Source: Coraliomargaritaceae bacterium
GTDB taxonomy: Bacteria > Verrucomicrobiota > Verrucomicrobiia > Opitutales > Coraliomargaritaceae
Length of the DNA: 64,000 bases
Direction of reading: 5' to 3'
Assembly: GCA_965656495.1 (NCBI GenBank)
Contig: CBFHKU010000001.1
Coordinates: forward strand, 178,781 to 242,780
A model generated the notes under the pieces. That model did not search any database, was not told where the DNA came from, and was given only the letters and a program-made list of their open reading frames with translations. The translations under genes and the position numbers were made by a program. Positions 1-13,736 of the stretch are shown here, piece by piece (positions within the stretch are counted from its first letter, which is position 1; each line of letters opens with the position of its first letter).

Positions 1-439
1 TTGGAGCCTGGTCGAGTTTACGACGTGCCTGCGCGTCACCTTCAATCCAGCGTTCAATTCGCCGAAAGACTTGGTCGAGGAAGACCGTTTGAGGGCAGGC
101 CCAACCGCACCAAAGCCGTCCGAAAAGTGCGGTTAGGAAGAAAAGGGAAAAGCCGAGGCCGGTGATGACAAAGTAGGTCATCCAGAAATCCTGCGCGGCA
201 AAGGTCAGTCCCAAAATGTGGAAACGCCGGTGTGCGATGTCGAGAAAGAGTGCGGGGTGCCCCTGGATGGGAATCCATGGAAGCACCACAAAGAAAATGA
301 TCAGGAGTAGTCCGACGACGCGTCGCCAAAGGGTATAGGGGCCACGGACATCGGCGGGGTGCAGGAAGAAGCGGGAACCGTCTTGGTTGATTGTGGTGAC
401 GGATTCGCGGATGGGGGACAGCTTCTTGTTATCTTGCAT
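1..439 (-). CDS. ccoG: Cytochrome c oxidase accessory Fe-S protein CcoG (partial, runs off window start)
   Basis: Manual translation from ATG at 439: MQDNKKLSPIRESVTTINQDGSRFFLHPADVRG...LFGRLWCGWACPQTVF. It has the CcoG GRxWCGWACPQT motif and lies directly downstream of ccoP. Not in the ORF track because it is open at the edge. Confidence 0.93.
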   Translation of the reverse strand, partial: MQDNKKLSPIRESVTTINQDGSRFFLHPADVRGPYTLWRRVVGLLLIIFFVVLPWIPIQGHPALFLDIAHRRFHILGLTFAAQDFWMTYFVITGLGFSLFFLTALFGRLWCGWACPQTVFLDQVFRRIERWIEGDAQARRKLDQAP

Positions 440-456
440 GTAGCGCTTGCTTGCGG

Positions 457-1041
457 CTATTGGTTGGGCGCCGCTTCCATGGTTTTGCGGTCATTCTTGC
501 TCAGGATATAGCTGACGACTTCGGCAATGCGCTTTTGTCCAAGGAGACTGCCCCATGCCTGCATACCCTTTTCGGGGACCCCGTTGAAGACGGTCTGATA
601 GATGCTCGCGGGTGCGGCACCATGGACCCATTCGGCATCGACGAGGTTGAATCCGATGCCGCCGGTGAGGTCGGCGTTATGGCAGGCAACGCAATTGGTT
701 TGGTAGGTTGCTTCGCCGGATTGCACAATGCTCTTACTGCTGGCCATTTCCCAGAAGCGGTCGTTGTCCGTGACATCAATTGAATTGGCGAGCCGGAGGG
801 ATTGAATGGCTGCCATGCGCGCTTCCATTTCCTGATGGGTCTCACCTTCATAGCTCTTGATATCGAGCATGAGCCAGTAGATCGCAGAAAAGAGCACCGC
901 CCCGAAAAGTGTTAGCAACCACCAACGTGGGAGGCGTTGGTCATATTCGTAAATGCCGTCATGGCTGTGGGGTTTTAAAACGACGCCCTTGGGGAGTGCT
1001 TCCTTGTGGAAATCGGTTTTTTGGTGTTCGTCTTCCTTCAT
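457..1041 (-). CDS. ccoP: cbb3-type cytochrome c oxidase subunit III (single-haem CcoP)
   Basis: HxxDGIYEYDQRLPRWW FixP N-terminal motif, TM helix, one CVACH haem motif, KGMQAW ligand. Start chosen at MKEDEH (1041), just after ccoQ. Confidence 0.9.
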   Translation of the reverse strand: MKEDEHQKTDFHKEALPKGVVLKPHSHDGIYEYDQRLPRWWLLTLFGAVLFSAIYWLMLDIKSYEGETHQEMEARMAAIQSLRLANSIDVTDNDRFWEMASSKSIVQSGEATYQTNCVACHNADLTGGIGFNLVDAEWVHGAAPASIYQTVFNGVPEKGMQAWGSLLGQKRIAEVVSYILSKNDRKTMEAAPNQ

Positions 1042-1043
1042 TG

Positions 1044-1226
1044 CTACTTGTGTTTTGAGTTGGTTGGGGCTTGGTCCTCGAGGGGAAGATTTTCCAGATG
1101 TTTGAGCTTCTCCTTTTTCATGAAGCAGGCTCGCAGAATGATCGCGAGAAAGACAGCGAAGGTGAGCCAAAAGGAAAGTTCCGGGATCGCTTCGGTCCAG
1201 TTTTCAAAGATGACGCGTTTGAACAT
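1044..1226 (-). CDS. ccoQ: cbb3-type oxidase small subunit CcoQ-like
   Basis: 60 aa, single TM helix followed by LENLPLED, located between ccoNO and ccoP. Confidence 0.8.
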   Translation of the reverse strand: MFKRVIFENWTEAIPELSFWLTFAVFLAIILRACFMKKEKLKHLENLPLEDQAPTNSKHK

Positions 1227-1255
1227 AATGGTGAGCTTAGTGAGTGGATGTGGTG

Positions 1256-3616
1256 CTATTGATCGTTGATTTTGGCGACTTTGAGGTCTTGGTAGGTTCC
1301 GAGTTTTTGAAGGTAAGCGATGAGTGCTACGATCTGCTTGTCGGGTTCGACCACCGCGCCTTTTTCGGCGAGTCGCTGGACGATTGCTGCGGCCTGAGCG
1401 TCAACCTGAGCTTGAATCTCTTCTTCTACGGGTTTGTCGTAGCGGACACCAAGACGGCGCATGGCGTTGATCTTGGGAACGAGTTGCTCGACCTTGGTGC
1501 GTTTGGTAAAGAGCCAGGGATAATTCGGCATGTTTGACCCGGGCGAGATATCGCGCGGGTTGAGCATATGGAAGTAGTGCCAGTCATCGGAACGGAGGCC
1601 ACCCTCGCGGGCAAGGTCGGGGCCGGTGCGCCGGGAGCCCCACTGGAAGGGGTGGTCATAGATCGACTCGCCTAGACGGGAGTAGTCGCCGTAACGCATG
1701 ACGTCCGGCACCATGGTTCGGATCATCTGGGAATGGCAATTGTAGCAGCCTTCGGTCACATAGATATCACGACCGGCGAGTTCGAGCGGAGTGTAGGGGA
1801 CTTGTAGGCGATCCTCGACGTTGTGGGCGCGCTGCATCGTAACGGTCGGGATAATCTGAATCGCGCCTCCAATCGCAGCGGCGATAATCACGAGAACGGT
1901 AAAGCCGAAGCTGTGTTCAAGGAGTTGGTCGTGCCAGGTGCTCCACTTGATTTTGCCAATATCAAAATGGGCGTAGGCAATGACGCAGACCGTAATGCTG
2001 GCGGCGACGCTTATTATGAAGCCCAGATCATTATTGCCTCTCGTGAAGATTGCGCAAATGACAGTGAGAATGAGGGCGCTAGCATAGATGATAGGGGCAT
2101 TGAAAAAGCTGCTGTAGTTCTTGTGCGGCTCCCATTCTTTGGAGGGATCGACCTCGACCGTCCCGTTGACCGGCGAGCCTTTCATAGCGGTGCGGGCAAC
2201 ATTGTATGCGAGGAGGACAAAGCCCGTGAAATAAAGGAGGCCGCCGAAGAAGCGGAAAAGCATCATGGGCCGAATCGACTGGAGGGTCTCCAAAAAGTTG
2301 GGGTATTGCAGGAGGGTGCCGTCGGCGTTGGTGCCGTTGAGCATGAGGCCCTGCGTGATTCCGGAGACCCACATGGAGGCGATGTAAAGCAGGATGCCAA
2401 CCATCCCGAGCCAGAAGTGCAGGTTGGCGAGGCCCTGGGAGAAGAGTTTGGTATTCCAGAGTCGCGGGGCGAGCCAGTAGAACAAGCCCGCCGCCATAAA
2501 GCCGTTCCAGCCGAGGGTGCCGCCGTGGACGTGTCCAATTGTCCAGTCGGTGTAATGCGAGAGGGCGTTGACGGATTTGATCGACATGAGGGGACCCTCG
2601 AAGGTGGCCATCCCGTAGAAGGTAACGCCCGCTGCAAAGAATTTAATAACGGGGTCGGTGCGGAGTTTATCCCAAGCGCCGCGAAGGGTGAGGAGGCCGT
2701 TTAGCATGCCACCCCAAGAGGGCGCCCAGAGCATGAGGGAGAAGAGCATCCCGAGGGACTGCAGCCAGTTGGGGAGGGCGGTATTGAGTAGGTGGTGCGG
2801 GCCGGCCCAGATATAGATAAAGACGAGCGACCAAAAGTGAATTACTGAGAGCCGGTAGGAATAGACCGGCCGGTTGGCGGCCTTTGGCACGAAATAATAC
2901 ATGATCCCGAGAATCGGGGTGGTCAGGAAGAACGCCACGGCGTTGTGACCATACCACCATTGAACGAGGGCATCCTGCACACCGCCAAAGAGGGAGTAGC
3001 TGTGGGTAAAGCTCGTGGGGAGCGAGAGGTGGTTGACCACGTAGAGCATGGTAACCGTGACGATGGTAGCGATGTAGAACCAGATCGCGACATAGATGCT
3101 GCGCTCGTTACGCTTCGCGAGGGTCCAGAAAAAGTTTGCGGCGAAGACGAGCCAGATGACCGCGACCATTAAATTGATGGGCCAGATGAGTTCGGCGTAT
3201 TCTTTGCCCCGGGTGAAGCCGCATGGAAGGGTGATGGCGGCGCAAATGATAATAAACTGCCAACCCCAGAAATGGATGCGGGTTAGGAGGTCGCTGGCAA
3301 GACGGGCCCGGCACAGGCGTTGGAGGGAATAGTAAACCCCCGCAAACATCATGTTGCCGACAAAGGCAAAAATGGCAGCGTTGGTGTGCAGGGGCCTCAA
3401 GCGGCCAAATGTCAGGAACTCCACCCCCTCGCTTTTAAAGGCTCCAAAGCTGATCCATTCCAGAAACTTCCCGTTCATCTGCCAGAAGTTCAACTGGGAG
3501 GCGATCACAACCCCCACCAGTAAACCCACAATGGAGAAGATAATGGACGCGATCATGAAATGGCGCACGCAGGCATCATTGTATTCGATCGTTTCGGTTT
3601 GGTTCTCGGTATTCAT
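1256..3616 (-). CDS. ccoN: Fused cbb3-type cytochrome c oxidase subunits I and II (CcoN-CcoO)
   Basis: TFGRLRPLHTNA, QWWYGHNAV, WAGPHHL, GHVHGG (CcoN), then EGCYNCHSQMIR and QWGSRRTGPDLAR (CcoO), all in one 786-aa frame. Confidence 0.96.
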   Translation of the reverse strand: MNTENQTETIEYNDACVRHFMIASIIFSIVGLLVGVVIASQLNFWQMNGKFLEWISFGAFKSEGVEFLTFGRLRPLHTNAAIFAFVGNMMFAGVYYSLQRLCRARLASDLLTRIHFWGWQFIIICAAITLPCGFTRGKEYAELIWPINLMVAVIWLVFAANFFWTLAKRNERSIYVAIWFYIATIVTVTMLYVVNHLSLPTSFTHSYSLFGGVQDALVQWWYGHNAVAFFLTTPILGIMYYFVPKAANRPVYSYRLSVIHFWSLVFIYIWAGPHHLLNTALPNWLQSLGMLFSLMLWAPSWGGMLNGLLTLRGAWDKLRTDPVIKFFAAGVTFYGMATFEGPLMSIKSVNALSHYTDWTIGHVHGGTLGWNGFMAAGLFYWLAPRLWNTKLFSQGLANLHFWLGMVGILLYIASMWVSGITQGLMLNGTNADGTLLQYPNFLETLQSIRPMMLFRFFGGLLYFTGFVLLAYNVARTAMKGSPVNGTVEVDPSKEWEPHKNYSSFFNAPIIYASALILTVICAIFTRGNNDLGFIISVAASITVCVIAYAHFDIGKIKWSTWHDQLLEHSFGFTVLVIIAAAIGGAIQIIPTVTMQRAHNVEDRLQVPYTPLELAGRDIYVTEGCYNCHSQMIRTMVPDVMRYGDYSRLGESIYDHPFQWGSRRTGPDLAREGGLRSDDWHYFHMLNPRDISPGSNMPNYPWLFTKRTKVEQLVPKINAMRRLGVRYDKPVEEEIQAQVDAQAAAIVQRLAEKGAVVEPDKQIVALIAYLQKLGTYQDLKVAKINDQ

Positions 3617-4017
3617 TTTATTGATACATGTTTGGGGGTTTCATCCCGGAGGGGTTGAAGGGCATCTTGTTCCGCGTAGCGCTGCTTGGACTTGCGTTGC
3701 TGGTACACAAAACTGAGTAGGAAAAGCCCCGCTAAAAGTAGGCTCAAATACACCGTTAAATGCAGAATATGCATAATTTTATAGTTATATAGTGATTAAT
3801 AAATCTAATATACCCTACATTGTAGTGGGTAAATAACCGAATCAACTGCCATTTTATATTTTTAATAATGATAAATTATGCTTATTTTAGCATTACCTTT
3901 TCTAATGCATGCCTCAAAAAGCTGACCGAGACGCAAAATTCGGAGCTATATGAGAGGGAGTTTAGAAATAGGCTTGCAGTGTGGGCGTGTACTTGCACTG
4001 TTAGCAAATTCTGAAAT

Positions 4018-4094
<77 letters not shown>

Positions 4095-4451
4095 TTTCAA
4101 CTGGAGGCCGTTCGGTGCAGGCTGGCACTGTTCCACCGGTAACGTTCCGCATCCAGCGCTGCCACCCCCGTTCCATTTGCACCGGGGCGGTCGCAGCCCT
4201 CAAAATAAACCCGCTGCCCAGATTTGCCCGCACTTGCCGAGCGTTCATCCCTCCGGCTCAAATACCGCTTCGTAAATGACGGCTTGCATTTTTTAAATTT
4301 CTCTTATTTACTCCCCGTCCTTATCAACTGTAATTATTCCGCGCGTGGGTAAAAATCGCTTTTAAATCAAAAATTTTAAAATTGGATACCGTTCAATTCT
4401 GAACGCTCAGGGCAAGGAAGCAGGCCGATAGAAATAAGATAGAGTTAAAGT

Positions 4452-4829
4452 ATGAATACCAAAATGTATGTAGGGAATCTCTCATTTGATGCGGGGTTCG
4501 AAGATATCAAAAGCCTGTTTGAGCCTCATGGAGGCGTGGAAGACGTGTTTATTGTTAAAGATCGTGAATCAGGCCGCCCCCGCGGTTTTGCATTCGTAAC
4601 CATGGACACGAAAGAGTCGATGGAAGCAGCGATCAATGCCCTGAACGGCGAAGAATTCATGGGTCGTCCGCTCGTTATCAACGAGGCGCGTCCCCGTGAA
4701 GAGCGTCCCCCGCGCAGCGGCGGTGGCGGTGGCGGCGGTCGTGGCTTCGGCGGTGATCGTCGTGGCGGCGGCGGTGGTGGCCGTCGTGACTTCGGCGGCG
4801 GTCGTGACCGCGGTGGCCGGGATTACTAG
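4452..4829 (+). CDS. RRM (RNP-1) RNA-binding protein with Gly/Arg-rich tail
   Basis: RNP2 MYVGNL, RNP1 [16 protein letters not shown], followed by a GGGG/RGG tail. Confidence 0.93.
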   Translation: MNTKMYVGNLSFDAGFEDIKSLFEPHGGVEDVFIVKDRESGRPRGFAFVTMDTKESMEAAINALNGEEFMGRPLVINEARPREERPPRSGGGGGGGRGFGGDRRGGGGGGRRDFGGGRDRGGRDY

Positions 4830-4862
4830 TCTCGGTCTCAGTTTATAGAAACAAACCTTTTC

Positions 4863-4893
4863 AAAGGAAGCCCCAAACGGGCTTCCTTTTTTT
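4863..4893 (+). terminator. Intrinsic terminator of RRM gene
   Basis: AAAGGAAGCCC-caaac-GGGCTTCCTTT followed by a T run. Confidence 0.85.
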
Positions 4894-4915
4894 ATGCCCG
4901 GTGAACAGGAGACAT

Positions 4916-4950
4916 AAAAAAAGCCCCCGCCGGTAAACCGGTCGGGGGCT
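4916..4950 (-). terminator. Intrinsic terminator of stand-alone fusA
   Basis: A7 run then AGCCCCCG-CCGG...CCGG-TCGGGGGCT hairpin, giving a T run on the minus strand. Confidence 0.85.
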
Positions 4951-4978
4951 GGAGTAAAAAGGGCTTAAACCCGAGGTG

Positions 4979-7090
<2,112 letters not shown>

Positions 7091-7316
7091 GGTGCGTTTT
7101 TCGGTTTAGTGATAAATTGTAGTTTTAAGAGATCCAAAATACCGGATCCCCTTTAATGTTTCAGGTGCAAAAAGAGGCGGAGATTAGGGCTGAATTCAAA
7201 TTCTGCAAGTCCGGAAAATGAGAGATTTTCAAATCGCCGGGTAGGGATTGGGCTGCGCTTTTGGTTTGCCCCCATCCCATAGAAGCCTTCTTCTGGCAGA
7301 CTTAGCAAATTCAAGC

Positions 7317-8903
7317 ATGGCTCAGGCAATTAAAATTTATGACACCACCCTCCGTGACGGCACGCAGGGTGAAGGCGTTTCCTTCACCGTGGCGGCGAAA
7401 TTGCGCGTCGCGGAAAAACTCGATCAATTCGGGGTGGATTACATTGAAGGCGGTTGGCCCGGTTCCAATCCGCGCGACATGGCTTTTTTCGAGGAAGCCC
7501 GAAAGCTCCAGCTCAAACACGCAAAAATCGCGGCTTTTGGATCGACCTGCCGCGCGAAGGTGGACGCCGCCGAGGATCCCCAGCTGAAACTCCTTCTGGA
7601 TGCCGAAACTCCGGTGGTTACGATCTTCGGTAAATCCTGGCTCCTGCACGTTACCGAGATCCTCCGCACCACCGCGGAGGAAAACCTGCGCATGATTGAA
7701 GACTCGGTCCGTTTTCTCACCGAGAGCGGGCGCGAAGTCATCTACGACGCGGAACATTTCTTCGACGGTTATTGCGACAACCCCGAATACGCCCTGCAGA
7801 CGCTTGAGGCGGCGCAACGCGGCGGCGCGGTGAACCTCACGCTCTGCGATACCAACGGCGGCAAGCTCGTCGGCGAGGTGCAAACCATCGTGGCGGCGGT
7901 CGTGGCACATTTTCCCGATACCCCGGTGGGAGTGCATTGCCACAACGACTCCGGCCTTGGGGTCGCGGTTTCGTTGGCGGGAATCGAGGCGGGCGCGACC
8001 CTCGTGCAGGGAACCGTCAACGGTGTGGGCGAGCGCAATGGAAATGCCAACCTTACCACCATCATTCCAAACCTCGCCCTCAAGATGGGCCGCACCCTCA
8101 ACTGCGGTTCGCAACTCCAGAAAATCCGCGACCTGTCCCTCTTTATCGATGCGATGGCAAATCGATCCTCCGACACCAAGGCGCCCTTCGTGGGAGCGAG
8201 TGCCTTTGCGCACAAGGGAGGCGTGCACGCCGATGCCGCCGCGAAGGTCAAGCGCAGCTACGAACACATCGAGCCGGAGCTCGTGGGCAACCGTACCCGT
8301 ATCCTGGTCTCCGATATGTCCGGACGCAGCAGCATCATGATGAAGGCGAAGGAAATCGGGGTGGAGGTCGATCCCCGCGCGCCGGAAATGAAGGACTTCC
8401 TCGCGCAACTCAAGGAGCTCGAATTTAAGGGTTACGAATACGAGGCCGCCGATGCCTCCTTTAAGCTGCTCCTCGCCCGTTTCCTCAAGGGCAAGCAAAC
8501 CGATTTTGATCTCGTCAGTTACCGCGTCATGGTGAGCCGTGCCAGCGGCAAGGGCGAGGTTTCTTCTGAGGCGACCGTGCATTTGCGGATCAATGGCGAA
8601 GATCACCACACTGTGAGCGAAGCCAGCGGCCCGGTGGATGCCCTTGGGCACTCGCTCAGCAAGGCCCTTGCTCCGGTCTTCCCTACAATTTCCGACATCG
8701 AACTGGTGGACTACAAGGTCCGTATTCTTGAGAGCCAACACGGGACCGATGCGATCATCCGCGTGCAAATCGAGACCCGTGACAACAAATCGGGCGAGAC
8801 CTGGGGGACGGTTGGAGCGAGCGACAATATCATCGAGGCGACCTGGCAGGCGCTGGTCGATGCGGTCGAGTTCAAACTCCTGCGCGACCGCGAGGGCGCC
8901 TAA
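7317..8903 (+). CDS. cimA: Citramalate synthase (LeuA/CimA family)
   Basis: YDTTLRDGTQGEG, YIEGGWPGSNP, YDAEHFFDG, LCDTNGG, HCHND, SAFAHKGGVH, C-terminal regulatory domain. Start taken at MAQAIKIY. Confidence 0.9.
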   Translation: MAQAIKIYDTTLRDGTQGEGVSFTVAAKLRVAEKLDQFGVDYIEGGWPGSNPRDMAFFEEARKLQLKHAKIAAFGSTCRAKVDAAEDPQLKLLLDAETPVVTIFGKSWLLHVTEILRTTAEENLRMIEDSVRFLTESGREVIYDAEHFFDGYCDNPEYALQTLEAAQRGGAVNLTLCDTNGGKLVGEVQTIVAAVVAHFPDTPVGVHCHNDSGLGVAVSLAGIEAGATLVQGTVNGVGERNGNANLTTIIPNLALKMGRTLNCGSQLQKIRDLSLFIDAMANRSSDTKAPFVGASAFAHKGGVHADAAAKVKRSYEHIEPELVGNRTRILVSDMSGRSSIMMKAKEIGVEVDPRAPEMKDFLAQLKELEFKGYEYEAADASFKLLLARFLKGKQTDFDLVSYRVMVSRASGKGEVSSEATVHLRINGEDHHTVSEASGPVDALGHSLSKALAPVFPTISDIELVDYKVRILESQHGTDAIIRVQIETRDNKSGETWGTVGASDNIIEATWQALVDAVEFKLLRDREGA

Positions 8904-8957
8904 GCGGCTCACTCCGGGCCGCGTATACGCTCCCTGTGGCAGGGTTTCGCAGGGCAC

Positions 8958-8985
8958 AAAAAAGCCCCTCTGTTTGAGAGGAGCT
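8958..8985 (-). terminator. Probable intrinsic terminator downstream of tatA
   Basis: AAAAAA-GCCCCTC...GAGGAGC imperfect hairpin with T run on the minus strand. Confidence 0.6.
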
Positions 8986-9028
8986 GTAATTCATCCGGGC
9001 GCGGTGTCGAATCGCGCGATGCCCTTGG

Positions 9029-9355
9029 CTAGGCTTCGGGTTTCTTTTCTCCAGCCTCGGAAGGAGCGGGCTCATCGGCGGCTTCGCTGGGGAGGCTTTG
9101 CTCGACCTCGGGAGTGGATGCGGTGACTTGACCGGCGGCAGGTTTGGCTTCCACGGTGGGCTCTTCATCCATGGCGGTGCGGATGTCGTCTTCGATTTCG
9201 GAAGTGGCTTTTTTGAATTCGCGGATGGATTTTCCGAAGGAGCGGAACAGTTCGGGGAGTCGTTTCGCTCCGAACAGCAGGAGGACGACGAGGAAGATGA
9301 GAATAATCTCAGGTGCGCGGAGATTCTGCAAGAAGGCAAATGTAGAGAGATTCAT
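9029..9355 (-). CDS. tatA: Twin-arginine translocase TatA/TatE
   Basis: EIILIFLVVLLLFGAKRLPELFRSFGKSIREFKK signature. Confidence 0.93.
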   Translation of the reverse strand: MNLSTFAFLQNLRAPEIILIFLVVLLLFGAKRLPELFRSFGKSIREFKKATSEIEDDIRTAMDEEPTVEAKPAAGQVTASTPEVEQSLPSEAADEPAPSEAGEKKPEA

Positions 9356-9373
9356 GATGGGATGGGTTTTGGA

Positions 9374-9769
9374 TTAGTTCTCTTCGGGAGCTTCGGGGTA
9401 AATTTTTTGATAGGCCTCGTTTTGCTCGGCGCTGGCAGGCTCAACGCGCTGGTTGATCCTGGGGTTGCCTTCGAGGATGTCGGCGGTTCGCAAACTACCG
9501 GGTCGCAGGGGGAGGCTTTTGAGGAGGGCGGCTTGAGTGCCGTCGGCATCGGTCACGACCAAGAAGCCGTCGCCCAGTTCGTGGCCATAGCGGATCGTTG
9601 CAATGCGTTCAATCATGTCGGCATGTACGATGGTGGGGCCTTTGTAGGCCGGTCCTGCGGGTCGGGCGAGTTCAACTTCCGCACCTTCGGGAATCTTGTT
9701 ATACTGGCTGCAGGCAGACATTGCCAAAATGCAAAGGCCGCAGAGGAAAATGTTTAATTTTTGATACAT
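9374..9769 (-). CDS. Hypothetical lipoprotein
   Basis: Signal peptide with lipobox AMSAC. Tightly packed between rpoD and tatA. Confidence 0.7.
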   Translation of the reverse strand: MYQKLNIFLCGLCILAMSACSQYNKIPEGAEVELARPAGPAYKGPTIVHADMIERIATIRYGHELGDGFLVVTDADGTQAALLKSLPLRPGSLRTADILEGNPRINQRVEPASAEQNEAYQKIYPEAPEEN

Positions 9770-9786
9770 ATGCTGATTGCTTGTCT

Positions 9787-11853
<2,067 letters not shown>

Positions 11854-11877
11854 GACGTGAATTAAATAAGTTGGAGA

Positions 11878-13710
11878 TTATTGAATTTTAAAGTCGAGTG
11901 GTTTGCTGAGGGTATCGCGGAGGGTGCGAACTTCACGCATGAGTTGGAGGCGGGTTTCTTCTGAAAGGTCAGTATTGGCTACTTTTTGTTCCAAATCCTG
12001 CTTTAGCTTTTGCAAGTGATTACGGCAAAGTGTCTTAAGGCAATCGTTAATTTGTCGTGCGGGGTGCTCGACTTCGAGATCGCGGAGGCTGATCTCGGCA
12101 AGGATTTGGCGGTCTTCGTCTGTTTCGAGGAGGCTTTCTATGGCTTGGTTGTTTTCGAGGAGGCCTTCTTGGATTTCGGCCAGGATGCGAGCTAGAATGC
12201 GGCCGTCGGGTGAATGGGTGTCAAGCCATTCAAAATCAGTGACGTTTGCTGTGGCTGTCGCATATTCAGGATGATGGTAAACGAGCCAAAGTAAGTCCCA
12301 TGTGGCTTGTGTCAATAGTCCGTCAGTTGAATTTGAGGGAGCGGCTGGGGTGGTTTTTTTGGGGCTGGAGTCGCGGCGAGGGGCGAATTGTCGGAATTCG
12401 CGGAGGGCGAGCTCGGGATCGACGCGAAGGAGGCGGGCGGCTTGGGTGAGGTAGTCCTCGCGGGCGACAAGGGAGGGGATGTGTTGCAGGAGCTCGAAGA
12501 CTTGACGGAGGGCGGCGGTCTTTTCGTGCGGGTTGGGCGCCCGATCGGGGGGGAGGGATTCGCTGACGCTGAGTTGGATGCCGTTGAGGGCATTGTTGCG
12601 AAGGGGTTCAAGGGCTTCGGCACCCTGTTCGCGGAGGAGGTCGTCGGGGTCGGTTTTTTCCGGGAGGAGGAGAAAGCGGAAGTCGAGCTCGGCCTTGAGG
12701 GCGAGGGGGACATAACGGAGGGCGGCTTTGCGACCCGCGCGGTCACCGTCGAGGAGGCACTCGACGGATTTGGGATCGTAGCGTCGGAGGAGGTGGAGTT
12801 GATCCTCGGTGAGTGCGGTGCCCTGAGGTGCGATAGCGGTGTGGAGCCCTACGGACCAGCAGCGGATGGCGTCGAGTTGACCCTCCACGAGGAGGAAACT
12901 GTCGCCGTCCTTGAGGTGGGTGCGGGCATGATCCATGCCGAAGAGGATGCGTCCTTTGTGGAAAATGGGGGTTTCGGGGGAGTTGACGTATTTGGCTTCG
13001 CGGGCGGGGTCGTCGTCGGGGGTCTGGGGGAGTTGTCGGGCGGTGAAGGCGACAACGCGGCCCTGGACGTCGCGGATTGGGATCATGAGGCGGCCCCGGA
13101 AGCGTGATTTGAAGCGGGTATGATCGCTTTCGTTATCGTAGGCGTAGAAGAGGCCGGACTGGTGCATCGCCTGGGTGCTGATCTCGCGTTTTTGGCAGAG
13201 CAGGGCGAGGGCGTTGAGGGCGGCGGGGGCGTAGCCGATTTTGTGCGCCTCGGCGGTGGCGGTATCGAAACCGCGTGTCTTGTTCCAGTATTGGCGCACG
13301 GGGGCGGCTTCCTCGCTCTTCATGAACTGGTGGTGAAACCAGTTGGCGGCGAGTTCGTTGACGGCGAAGATTTGTTTGCGCAGGGAGAGGTCGCTCTTGG
13401 AGGGGCCACCGGCTTCGTATTCGAGGTTGATATTGAATTTACGGGCGATGAATTCGACGGACTCGATAAATTCGAGGTTTTCCATCTTCATAACAAAGCT
13501 GAAGAGGTCGCCGCCTTCGCCGGTGCTGAAGCATTTAAAGAAGCCGCGGTCCGGATGGACGTAGAAGGAGGGCGTTTTTTCCTGAGTGAAGGGGCTGAGT
13601 CCTTTCCAGGAGCGTCCGGCGCGTTTGAGTTGCACGTACGGGGAGACCACGTCCACCAAATTGACTTGGTGTTTCATGGCGTCGATGGAGCGTTGGGCGA
13701 CTCGCGGCAC
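11878..13710 (-). CDS. dnaG: DNA primase
   Basis: N-terminal region LSPFTQEKTPSF...FFKCFSTGEGGD, RFRGRLMIPIRD, KYVNSPET, TOPRIM VEGQLD...DGDRAG, DPDD. GTG start. Confidence 0.95.
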   Translation of the reverse strand: MPRVAQRSIDAMKHQVNLVDVVSPYVQLKRAGRSWKGLSPFTQEKTPSFYVHPDRGFFKCFSTGEGGDLFSFVMKMENLEFIESVEFIARKFNINLEYEAGGPSKSDLSLRKQIFAVNELAANWFHHQFMKSEEAAPVRQYWNKTRGFDTATAEAHKIGYAPAALNALALLCQKREISTQAMHQSGLFYAYDNESDHTRFKSRFRGRLMIPIRDVQGRVVAFTARQLPQTPDDDPAREAKYVNSPETPIFHKGRILFGMDHARTHLKDGDSFLLVEGQLDAIRCWSVGLHTAIAPQGTALTEDQLHLLRRYDPKSVECLLDGDRAGRKAALRYVPLALKAELDFRFLLLPEKTDPDDLLREQGAEALEPLRNNALNGIQLSVSESLPPDRAPNPHEKTAALRQVFELLQHIPSLVAREDYLTQAARLLRVDPELALREFRQFAPRRDSSPKKTTPAAPSNSTDGLLTQATWDLLWLVYHHPEYATATANVTDFEWLDTHSPDGRILARILAEIQEGLLENNQAIESLLETDEDRQILAEISLRDLEVEHPARQINDCLKTLCRNHLQKLKQDLEQKVANTDLSEETRLQLMREVRTLRDTLSKPLDFKIQ

Positions 13711-13736
13711 GTGCGTGATGAAGCGGTTGTTAGGGG

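Noticed and set aside
54..329. 91-aa ORF MATRRRTT in the ORF track
   Set aside because: Out-of-frame overlap with ccoG, whose frame carries the diagnostic motif.
4405..4427. TCAGG-GCAA-GGAAGCAG resembles SRP RNA helix 8
   Set aside because: It lacks the three bases needed to form the stem closing the tetraloop, and no long flanking helix is visible. Probably chance; an Rfam scan would settle it.
7218..7244. Short ORF MRDFQIAG upstream of cimA as attenuator leader
   Set aside because: No run of Ile/Leu/Val codons and no clear terminator/antiterminator pair.
7311..8957. Long antisense or alternative-frame ORFs (e.g. 7311-8957, 5363-6442, 17355-18383, 53309-55048, 55178-56389, 40952-42049)
   Set aside because: They fully overlap well-recognised genes, have no family motifs, and are the shadow ORFs expected from GC-rich codon bias.
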